This document shows positions 11,604-21,073 of a stretch of 64,000 bases of DNA, one piece after another. The DNA lies in NCBI GenBank assembly GCA_964016885.1, contig OZ024740.1, positions 409,200,001-409,264,000 of the forward strand, in the 5' to 3' direction. The translations under genes were made by a program, and so were the position numbers. Every line of letters begins with the position of its first letter. Within the stretch, counting starts at the first letter, position 1. The notes beneath the pieces were generated by a model that worked only from the letters and a program-made list of their open reading frames with translations, was not told the origin of the DNA and ran no database searches. The DNA is from Eledone cirrhosa (Eukaryota).

Positions 11604-12648
11604 TCTTTCCCACAGCTCGTCTCGCTAACGGAGCTGCAGTCCTGGGTGAAGAAAAGACCGAAAACGATGGGCGCCTGGCACATTGAATGCGCTCAGGCGC
11701 TCACAGTCCTCTGGCAAGCGGGCGCAGCAATCAGTGGAGACTCCACTTCGACATTCTATAGAGGGATTGTACGTTACAAGGGCGACGACGTGCTCGGAGA
11801 GACTCTGGGCGTCGAAGACGATGAGCTCACCAGTATGTTTGGTAGGACTTTCCGCCCGGGACCTATGGACAACTTCCAGAGGTCCCTGGCCTGGCAGTGC
11901 TACCGAGGAGCTCTACCGGTTCGTGACAAGATCTACAGGCACGGACGCCCTGGCAGGGATCCTTCCAAGAGGACGTGTCCAAGATGTGCGCAGGACATTG
12001 AAACAGTTCTGCACGCAATTGTACACTGCCCGGGCGTAAGCGACCTGTGGAACTATGCAGAACAACTGCTGTCGCGTATGGGACAAATACAGTTAACTGC
12101 CGAGTCCATAGTAAGGATCAAACCGCCAGACTCTTTCAAAAACGAAAGAGAGGCGGTTTTCCTCTGTACGGTGGCTATGGTGAAAGAAGTTATATGGTGG
12201 ACGAGGTTGAGAGGACTGAGGACAGATGCCTTTCTCTCCGGACAACAATTGATTCCATTCTTTAAGTATCACTTTAGAAGGAGAATCAGGGTGGAGAGAG
12301 AGGCACTGCACCCCAGTAAATTTACTGAAAGGTGGGTGAATGAAGCGAAAATGGCCCGAGTGATTGGGCCTTCTCTGTTTATAAGCCTGTAGGTTGAGGA
12401 AGAGAGCAAAAGGAAGAAAGGAGCACTTGCACAACACGCTCCTCGAGTTGAGGGTTGTTCTATCGACGGGGTATTAAACAACCCATTTGTGGCGCCTCCC
12501 CCCTATTGGGGATTTCGATTGTTGAAATTGTTTGTTTTTATATTTTTTACACGACTGTATGTAAAATCCCCGGCATGTCTTTGTATTGTCCCCTTTCTTG
12601 TTGCGCCCTTGTGGCTAATAAAGAAATCTATCTATTTATCTTTCTATT
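11604..12648 (+). mobile_element. 5'-truncated second Tx1-like copy (ORF2 C-terminus plus 3' UTR), diverged subfamily
   Basis: ORF 11646-12392 is homologous to ~10560-11305 (LAWQCYRGALPVRDK, CPRC..ETVLHAIVHC, PSLFISL*); same AATAAA-(TATC) tail. Confidence 0.93.
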
Positions 12649-12828
12649 TGATAAAACCCTTTTATTCTCCTCCATTTTCTCAAAACTTCTAGCATCCTCT
12701 TTCTCCGAAGTTTGCTTTTTTCTGGTGAAAAAACTAACGTTGAAACATTCCTTTTCTCTTTTCAGCAAATGTGAAACTAACAAGACTTTGTGTTATTGTA
12801 TCTCTGTGTTTGTCTTGTATATCTTGAG

Positions 12829-12830
<2 letters not shown>

Positions 12831-12888
<58 letters not shown>
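12831..12888. repeat. (TA)n microsatellite
   Basis: Direct reading. Confidence 0.97.
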
Positions 12889-12892
<4 letters not shown>

Positions 12893-13080
12893 AGAGTCAG
12901 GACCCTGACGGCTGAGCTCCGGCCGTTTCGACAGCTAGGTCTGAACTCAGACCTAGCTGTCAAAACGACCGGAGCTCAGCCGTCGGAATCCTGACTCTTT
13001 TCCTATTACCCTACTACCCTAAGTATCGAGTACTCTGGTGCGTTATGGTCCATCTGGTTCCTTACCACACTTCCTTCGTT
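12887..13080 (+). mobile_element. Short fold-back element in (TA)n, copy B
   Basis: Palindrome 12889-13002, then CCTATTACC and a tail nearly identical to 486-570. Confidence 0.78.
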
Positions 13081-13086
13081 ATATAT

Positions 13087-13908
13087 ATGGAGAATAGAAA
13101 TGGCTGTGTAGTTTCTATTTCAGGTAACTTAAAATGCAGTGGGAATACGAAGAAAGCAAGAACGGGGGGGGGGGGGGGGCAGAGTTTTCCTCATCAGTTG
13201 TCTACTGGGGGATCGGATATTCTACGCTTTAAAGACAATATATCTCGCCCCAGGGCGTCAATAACTGGATAAGTTATTGGGAAAACGGAGGAGGGAGGGA
13301 AGGAAAGCAAAAGGGAAGAAAATAGAAAACAGTAACAAAACAGCGAAAAAACAACAACAAATGTGCGAGCAACTTAAGGTAAGGAAATCGAAGACCACTC
13401 GATAAGAGAACTTAAGTTCAAGATTGAGTGGTCTTGAGAAAAAAAGACACACGTCTGATCGCCGCAGTTGTAAGTGAGATGAGAACTGCTAAACGGCCAG
13501 GCGAGGGGGTGAAAGTGAGAGGGAGAAAGGGAGAGGAAGAAAGTGGGGTAAGAGTAGATAGGGAGAAAGAGAGGGGAAGAAAGACGACTGAGAGTAGAAA
13601 ATAGCGAAATTGGTAGGTAGAAGGGGAGAGAAGAATTGTCACAGCGAAAAACATGATGAAATACATGGAGAATAGAAATGGCTGTGTAGTTGCTATTTCA
13701 GGTAACTTAAAATGCAGTGGGAATACGAAGAAAGCAAGAACAGTGGGGGGGTTCTCCTCATCAGTTGTCTACTGGGGCTCGCTTTAAAGACAATATATCT
13801 CTCCACAGGGCGTCAATAACTGGATAAGTTATTGGGAAAACGGAGGAGGGAGGGAAAGCAAAAGGGAAGAAAAGAGAAAACAGTAAAAAAAACACAGCGA
13901 AAAAAAAA
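13087..13908. repeat. Partial tandem duplication with 578-bp period
   Basis: ATGGAGAATAGAAATGGCTGTGTAG... at 13087 and 13665; second copy matches ~13087-13350 with indels. Confidence 0.85.
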
Positions 13909-14328
13909 ATATATATTAGGAAAATAAGAAAAAAGTAGAAAATGCTAATAGAATTTTCTAAAAGAATAACAGCAAAACATTTTTAAAAAAAAGTAATTTA
14001 TAGTACCGGTTTCAGCCGAAATATTTCGAATTCTTCATGCTACAGGGAATATGATAAAGAGTATATAATAACATTAAGGTGTATATTAATTAGAAAAGGA
14101 TATTAGAGTTTACATAGATATAAAAATTCAGTTTCATTTCTCTCTCTCTCCTTGGCGGTTTGGTGGTAGCTAAAATAGAAGTTGGCTTGTCCCCTGTTAC
14201 TGTCTGACTGGCCGTTGACTTCAATTGCAGTAATAGTAGAAGAAGAAGAAGAAGAAGAAGAAGGCGTGGTAGTAATAATAGGTGTATAGTAAAGGAGGAA
14301 GGAAAAGACGAAAGAGGAGAAGGTGTAG

Positions 14329-14386
14329 GGCAGTATCGGTTGAGAGTCGGACGCCATGCTTTGACGCATAGAGTTACGGCCCTTTG
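14329..14386 (+). mobile_element. SINE family 1, 5' fragment
   Basis: GGCAGTATCGGTTGAGAGTCGGACGCCATGCTTTGACGCATAGAGTTACGGCCCTTT. Confidence 0.8.
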
Positions 14387-14439
14387 CACCTTTGAAACCT
14401 TAGAAAGTTTACTTGCTAAAGTCGTAGACAACAAAATGC

Positions 14440-14850
14440 CTTCTTCTTCTTCTTCTTCTTCTTCTTCTTCTTCTTCTTCTTCTTCTTCTTCGCCCACTTA
14501 TTCTGAGAGCGTGGGGAGGGGGGGGGGGAGGCAGAGTCCTCAAATACTCCTTTCAGCAGATCATGTCAGAAGCAACTGTCTCCCTCTGATTCGGCTGGAT
14601 CTACAAGCGAGACCAGCCAAGCTCATGGATGTTATCCAATCATCCTACTCAGGGTCTGTCCCTTAGTTTCCTACCGGTTCGTTTTGCCTGTAAAATCTTA
14701 CCAGTGATTCTTTCTTGAGACATTCTAACCAGATGCCCATAGTATCGGAGCCGTGAGTGACTCTGTGATCTCCGAGATACGCACTCTACCGAGTAACGTT
14801 ACTCCAAAGAGTAACCCCATTCGGTCGCTTGTATTCGCGGTAATATTCTT
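14440..14850 (-). mobile_element. RTE-clade LINE 3' fragment with (GAA)n tail
   Basis: Minus translation RLRYYGHLVRMSQERITGKILQAKRTGRKLRDRP*VG*LDNI matches the RTE C-terminal RLRWxGHxxRM...GRPxxRW motif; (TTC)n at 14440-14491. Confidence 0.8.
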
Positions 14851-15575
14851 TAATGAATTGAATAAATATTTAGTACTCACACCTTTTACGAAAATAACAT
14901 TTCATTGAATTGTTTCAGAACAACACTATTTTGCAGATCGATCAGCTATCGAAATCTGACAATTAAATGGCTAGTTAGACAGAGTAGCAGTTAAACTGAA
15001 TTTAATGTAATTGTATTAAAATACCTTTAATTTAGAGTCTAATCAGCTACCGACATTCGTCAATTAATTAAATATTTGATCACTGCACCGATTGAGTTTA
15101 TTGAATTAAATTTTATTAGTTTCGAAAAAAATGATTCAAAGATTAATCAACTATCGAAATTTGTTTATTAATGGAATATATATCTAAACAAAGTACCATA
15201 TACCAAATAATAATATAATTTTGACTGCTTTCCCTTATATCAGTCCTTCTCTCTCTATCTTTAACTTTTCTCTGACCCTATCCTGATGAATTCTACAATA
15301 ATCTGCACCAATAACTTTAATGTGTGTATATAAAACACATACTTCCAAAAGACCCTGCTACAAGAAAATAAAAACGTATCCATCAAGTGGTAAGACTGAT
15401 TTAATTGACTATTCACTATTCAATCTCGCAAAATATATGTAATATGGTTGTAAATTACAAGCCAATTGATCGAGTTCAAAACCGAGGTTCTAACATGGTT
15501 GGTCCTATTTCGGCAGCTAAACCTCAACCCCTCTCTCATCAGTAGAACATACTTTTTTATTTCTATCCTTTAAAT

Positions 15576-16072
15576 CAGGTATGTCAAACATGCGGCCCTT
15601 TACAAGCACACCTGCGGTCCGCACAAATGTTTTTAGTGCGTAAGCATGTTTTATCTTCGTAAAATTAGTTGAAATATGCGTAATTAGCTGTCGTGTGTGG
15701 CCCTCAGACAACACATATGTGACCCATGTGGCCCTCAGACAACACATATGTGACCCGTGTGGCCCTCAGACAACACATATGTGACCCGTGTGGCCCTCAG
15801 ACAACACATATGTGACCCATGTGGCCCTCAGACAACACATATGTGACCCGTGTGGCCCTCAGACAACACATATGTGACCCGTGTGGCCCTCAGACAACAC
15901 ATATGTGACCCGTGTGGCCCTCAGACAACACATATGTGACCCGTGTGGCCCTCAGACAACACATATGTAACCCGTGTGGCCCTCAGACAACACATATGTG
16001 ACCCGTGTGGCCCTCAGACAACACATATGTGACCCGTGTGGCCCTCGGGGGATCCTCAGTTTGATATGTCTG
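15576..16072. mobile_element. hAT (Charlie-like) MITE
   Basis: Imperfect TIRs CAGGTATGTCAAAC / GTTTGATATGTCTG; perfect 8-bp TSD CTTTAAAT at 15568-15575 and 16073-16080. Confidence 0.85.
15696..16046. repeat. 31-bp minisatellite, ~11 copies (GTGTGGCCCTCAGACAACACATATGTGACCC)
   Basis: Near-identical head-to-tail units inside the MITE. Confidence 0.97.
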
Positions 16073-16357
16073 CTTTAAATAACCCTATGGTCATTATTCT
16101 GCCGAACCTGTTTCACTTGTTCCCTCCTTTAAGGCTGTTAATCAAGTGATTCATCTTCATTCTAATTCTTTTTCTTTCAGTGTGGTTGATTCTCTGGGAA
16201 AAGAATGTTTACCCTAGTAGTATTTTTCCATGAACGCCTATCATATGGAGCTCTCTTCCTTCTTGCACCCCTGATGAGTTTAATATTAATGTTCTTAAAT
16301 GTTTAGCTGATCGTTTTATGATTTCAAAGGTAGCGTCTCATTCGAGGGCTTTGTTTC

Positions 16358-16621
16358 GGGGTCATAACAGGGGACAAGTCCCCCCCCCCACACTTTTTCA
16401 AAAACGTCTATATTTTATTTTTTGTTTATTTGATATAACAGATTCTTTTTAAGCTTATTTTTTTTATATCTCAACTTCATTTGAATATATAAAATTTATT
16501 TAGCGTAAAATTTTACTTATGTGATAGGGTCCGGGAAAGACACCATAAGCAATTTATGCACCTTTAAGAATGAACAAATGTTGGTTTGTCCCCCTCACAT
16601 TTTTAAGGCAAACGGGGTCCC
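16358..16621. mobile_element. Possible decayed MITE
   Basis: TTGTTTC on both flanks (16351, 16622); GC-rich ends with repeated GTCCCC..CACA motif. Confidence 0.3.
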
Positions 16622-16943
16622 TTGTTTCATTTGATTTTCTTTCTATATTTTTATCTTTTGTAACTTCCAACAAAATAAAGGAATAAATAAATAAACAGCT
16701 CTGCCAATTCTCTGACTTTAATATACAGCAGAGTTGAAGAAAGGATAGACTAGGAATAACATTGCCATGATGTTATGTTCTTTTATAATACCGAGTTGAA
16801 ATCTTGATGAGATTAACTTTGTATTCCATTCTTCGAAAAAGTAAGTTTTTCTGCGATTAAAAGCATTCTAGTCATGGTTGTTCGTCTTTTAGAGGTTGCT
16901 TCGGTTGTCTAGAAGGAAGTACCAGTTATACAGTCGTATCAGT

Positions 16944-17129
16944 AGATTGGCAGTATCGGTAGAGGGTCGGACGCCATGCTTAGCAGCAAAGAGTTACGTC
17001 CCTTTACGGTCTGAGTTCAAATCCCGCCGAGGTTGACTTTGCCTTTCATCGTTACGGGGTCGATAAAATAAAGTACCAGTAATACACTGGGATAATTGCT
17101 GGGCTTGTGCCAAAAGTAGAAACAATAAT
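16944..17129 (+). mobile_element. SINE family 1
   Basis: Consensus match. Confidence 0.9.
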
Positions 17130-17313
17130 TGTTTCTACTTTTGGCACAAGGCCAGCAATTACCCAGTACATTACTGGTACTTTATTTTATCGACCCCGTA
17201 AGGATGAAAGGCAAAGTCAACCTCGGCGGGATTTGAATTCAGATCGTAAAGGGACGTAACTATGCTAGGAAGCATGGCGTCCGACCCTCTACCGATACTG
17301 CCAATCCACCGCC
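17124..17313 (-). mobile_element. SINE family 1, tail-to-tail with the previous copy
   Basis: Consensus match on the minus strand. Confidence 0.9.
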
Positions 17314-17360
17314 CAAAAAGGAAACAATAATAGTAATTAGTTATATGTTAAAGTAGAAAC

Positions 17361-17553
17361 AATAATTGTTTCTACTTTTGGCACAAGGCCAGCAATTATC
17401 CCAGTCTATTACTGGTACTTTATTTTATCGACCCCGTAAGGATGAAAGGTAAAGTTAACCTCGGCGGAATTTGAACTCAGAATGGAAAGGGCCGTAACTC
17501 TTTGCATCAAAGCATGTCGTCCGACCCTCTACCGATACTGCCAATTCACCGCC
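17361..17553 (-). mobile_element. SINE family 1
   Basis: Consensus match on the minus strand. Confidence 0.9.
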
Positions 17554-18722
17554 TAAAGTAGAAACAATAATAGTAATTAGTTATATGTTAAGGTCCATGA
17601 GGAGGGAACAGATAGACGCTGTAAGCCCCTCCCGCGTAAAAATCTTAAAAGTAGAACGTCATTAATCCTCCCACGTGACCTAATTTCGAATGAGTTACCC
17701 AAGCGAATGATATACAAAAAGGTGGGATGGTCACCACTGGAATGCTTTTGAACATAGGTTTGTTCAATCAGAGTTGACCTAGGACTAATCATAAACTGTT
17801 ACTTTTCTTTCTCGTTATTATTGTCTATTTTCTTCTTTGTGTATGTCTATCTTTATCACTATTCATTTATTTATTTTTTCTTGTCTTCTTTTATCTCCCC
17901 TTGTAAAGCCTTTGTTCGGCAATGTAGTACCTGTTGTTATAGGATAACTACTAAGAACGTGATTGGCTACTTGGCTGCGCTTCAAGACGTAACACATTCC
18001 AGTCAATGCTGACCTAGAAACTTTGCCGGTGTGATATGTAAATACAGAGTAAACAAATATAGGAGAGCAAACCAGTGATTGATGTCATGTCAGCTGTATG
18101 ATAAGAATTTTGAAAATTATAAAAAAGGCAAAAGTAGGTGTCATTTGAAGTAGGTGTCATTTGAATGTAACACTTCTCTTCAAGTAAACTGACTTGGGTC
18201 AGCGATGAAAACTTTTTTTCCCCGATTTCAAAATAAAGTATCCCATTATCATATTACAACGTCTATGTATTTATATATACTGGAAGACCGAATCCATGAC
18301 ACGATTTTAATGCTCATTCTTCTTATGAAGGTCATTACGAATATGATGAGGAGGTTTCAATCTTCAGTCGGAATCAACAAATAGTGCTGATGCTCTTAGA
18401 GAAGGGATGAACACCACAATTATTCAAGCCTCTCCTATGAATATAGTTTGTGTACCTTCGTCGGCCTATTCGACTTGCCTTCCATGCAGTAACTGAAAAA
18501 TAAAATTAAATAGAATAAAAATAAACTCTTTCAACAACAAAAACGTTTGGTAAGTAAGTACTAAGTCGAAATTCTCCCATGAGCAAAACATGTATTGTGA
18601 AATGTTTTATAAGCACCTTCTCGGCGCCAAACTTCCCAGTGATTGCCAGACTAAAGTAAAATAGAAAGGGGAAACAAAAACAAAGAAAGAAAAGAAAAAA
18701 ATACTGTTTACCTTTTTATTTA

Positions 18723-19186
18723 CAGTTTCAGTCAGTTCGCTTTTAACGCGAACTTGAAGTACGCGAATTCGCTTTAACGCCGCTTGGAAAAATAAAGGTT
18801 TCTTATATAGGCACATGGCCAGCAATTTTGGGGGAGAGGAAGTCGATAAAATCGATCCCAGTGCGTGACTGGTACTTTATTTTATCGACCCCATAAGGAT
18901 GAAAGGCAAAGTTAACCTCGGTGGGATTTGAATTCAGATCATAAAGAGCCGTAACTCTATGCTGAGAAAGCATGGCGTCCAACTCTCTACCGATACTACC
19001 AATCCACCGCCGCTTGAAACAATATTATTAAATATTCACTTTGCACGAATAACGCGCTATAACGAATGTAGTTTTAAATTTATTTCATGGATCAGAAATA
19101 TAATATAACATTAGACTTGAATTATGCGAATTTGCTTTAAGTGCCGCGTTCGCGAACGCATCTTCGCGTAAAAAGCAAACACACTG
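18723..19186. mobile_element. Tc1/mariner (pogo/Tigger-like) MITE containing a nested SINE
   Basis: Left CAGTCAGTTCGCTTTTAACGCGA vs reverse complement of right end CAGTGTGTTTGCTTTTTACGCGA; TA at 18721-18722 and 19187-19188. Confidence 0.55.
18795..19012 (-). mobile_element. SINE family 1, longer 3' variant
   Basis: Same head and core; ~25-30 extra bp (GGGGGAGAGGAAGTCGATAAAATCGAT) in the 3' region. Confidence 0.85.
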
Positions 19187-19410
19187 TATTTAGTAAAGGA
19201 AGAAAACTAAAATGATTTGAATTGCATGAATATCACACACCACAACTTAAGCCTTATTTTCTTACATTGTCAATAATAGCCTCGAAGCAGGTTATTGAAT
19301 TAATAAATATACCTAAGTAGCGATCATGTTATATTTGTTCATTCAACGGTATTTTAAACAGCGCTTTACATGGGACAAGACATACATAATCACCCATCAA
19401 GCCCTTGTGA

Positions 19411-19660
19411 AGGCGCATGGCTTAGTGATTAGAGCATTGGGCTTGCAATCGAAAGGTTGTGAGTTCAATTCTTGGATGGGTGATGTTTTGTTTTCTTGAT
19501 CAAGACACTTTATTTCCCGTTGCTTCAGTTTACCCAGCTGTAAAAATGAGATGATAGAACTGGGGTCCCTATCATTAAATCACCCAAGACACCTCCAGCG
19601 AGATATACCAGGCTAGCTAAACCTGCATAGGTGTGAGCTGTAACAACAACAACAACAACA
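19411..19660 (+). mobile_element. Second tRNA-derived SINE family (decayed) with (AAC)n tail
   Basis: TGGCTTAGTGATTAG (A box), GAGTTCAATTC (B box), CAAGACACTTTATTTC...CAGCTGTAAAAATG core-like block. Confidence 0.7.
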
Positions 19661-19791
19661 TCAAGCCCACAACAATTTCTGCAGCATCTGCCACGCTTCA
19701 GTGTAGATAAACTACCGAACAACGGAAAATATCTATTCTAGCCAGCAATAACATCCAAAATAAATTCCATCACTACATCGATAACTCCACT

Positions 19792-20127
19792 TGCTACATT
19801 AGTAACCCATTCGCTACATTGGTGATCCATTCACTACATTGGTGACCCATTCGTTACATTAGTGACCCATTCGCTACATTGGTGACCCATTCGCTACATT
19901 AGTGACTCATTCGCTACATTATTGACCCATTCGTTACATTGGTGACTCATTCGCTACATTGATGACCTATTCGTTACATTGGTGACCCATTCGCTACATT
20001 GGTGACCCATTTGCTACATTGGTGATCCATTCGCTACATTGGTGACCCATTCGCTACATTGATGACCCATTCGCTACATTGGTAACCCATTCGCTACATT
20101 GGTAACCCATTCGCTACATTGGTGACC
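19792..20127. repeat. 20-bp minisatellite, ~16-17 copies (GCTACATTGGTGACCCATTC)
   Basis: Direct reading; 20-bp period. Confidence 0.97.
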
Positions 20128-20548
20128 TTTACTTTTCGGACAGCTTTCGAATGTACTTTGATTATGTCAGAAATCAACAGCAACGAATATTTTCGCCTCG
20201 CCCTAGTTAGTGATCCCCGACTTACTGACACAGTCCGAACAACAGCAACAATAACAGCCTCGGTGGCAACAGCGATCATTTTAAACATTAGGCTCAGTAA
20301 CAACTACAGCATGTCACCAAATACAATTCTGACCGATGGCGGCGACTAACGGACCCATTAAAAAATAAAACATAGAAGAATAAGAAAACAAAAAAAAAAA
20401 CCAACTCTCTTTTGAACATTCATTTTTCTTATTTTTTCCCCTTTGTACATATTCTTGTTTTTCTTTTGTTACATATCTAATATGAAATGTTCGCAGTCAC
20501 ACACACTTTGCATAAACCATGGGACAAAACTTTCTCACTGCATGAATT

Positions 20549-20606
20549 CTTTCGACATTTAGTTATCAATCTCATGCATATGATATGAGAACAACTTTCG
20601 ACATTT
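20549..20606 (+). repeat. Detached ~1.2 monomers of the 46-bp satellite
   Basis: CTTTCGACATTTAGTTATCAATCTCATGCATATGATATGAGAACAACTTTCGACATTT. Confidence 0.9.
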
Positions 20607-21073
20607 TTTTTTTCAAATGTTTATATTATCTTTATCAATGGCGGTGGATTGGCAGTATCGGTAGAGGGTCGGACGCCATGCTTTGACACATAGAGTTACG
20701 GCTCTTTCCATTCTGAGTTCAAATCCCGCCGAGGTTAACTTTGCCTTTCATCCTTACGGGGTCGATAAAATAACGTACCAGTAATGCACTGGGTAATTGT
20801 TGGCCTTGTGTCAAAAGTAGAAACAATTATTTTTATCAATGGACAGATTTTTTGTTAAGCTTAATTGACTTAAATTATTTTATTTACAATAGTTTATAAC
20901 TTTGCCTATTAATCCGTATGGTGAGCAAATGGAGTTCCATGTGCTTGCCTTCCCACAGCCTCGGCAGACAGGATGGAGAAGGCGTTTCCCCGGAGGATGG
21001 TAAGGGAGATGCGCTGGAAGAGCCATTCTGATATCGAGGCTCACACCTGCGGCTGGCCAGCTCAGCACCTATG
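20604..21073 (-). mobile_element. 5'-truncated CRE-clade (RLE-type) non-LTR retrotransposon 3' end, with nested SINE
   Basis: Minus translation IGAELASRRCEPR/(frameshift)/SEWLFQRISLTILRGNAFSIL...TD* (stop at 20909-20911) matches the LxQRLSxxxxRGNA C-terminal signature; A10 tail at 20604-20613. Confidence 0.75.
20640..20831 (+). mobile_element. SINE family 1 with ~11-bp TSD
   Basis: TTTATCAATGG at 20631-20641 and 20832-20842. Confidence 0.92.

Larger units (their letters stand above)
5905..11608 (+). mobile_element. Near full-length Tx1/L1-clade non-LTR retrotransposon (inactivated)
   Basis: ORF1 with CCHC knuckle; ORF2 with APE, RT and C-terminal zinc finger; 3' UTR with AATAAA and (TATC)n-like tail; 5' end approximate. 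Confidence 0.92.

Noticed and set aside
12455-12994. 179-aa ORF
   Set aside because: Crosses the LINE 3' UTR, (TA)n and a palindromic element; a chance open frame
13100-13205. CUGAUGA...GAAA on the minus strand of the 578-bp unit (also ~13685-13770)
   Set aside because: No convincing NUH triplet or stem I pairing, and stem II is weak
14090-14666. Poly-E, poly-S and poly-L ORFs
   Set aside because: Products of (GAA)n/(TTC)n tracts and SINE/RTE fragments
15696-16046. 31-bp repeats as CRISPR direct repeats
   Set aside because: No spacers; eukaryotic MITE context
19411-19490. tRNA gene
   Set aside because: A/B boxes run into SINE body sequence and no complete cloverleaf forms; the same applies to family 1 heads
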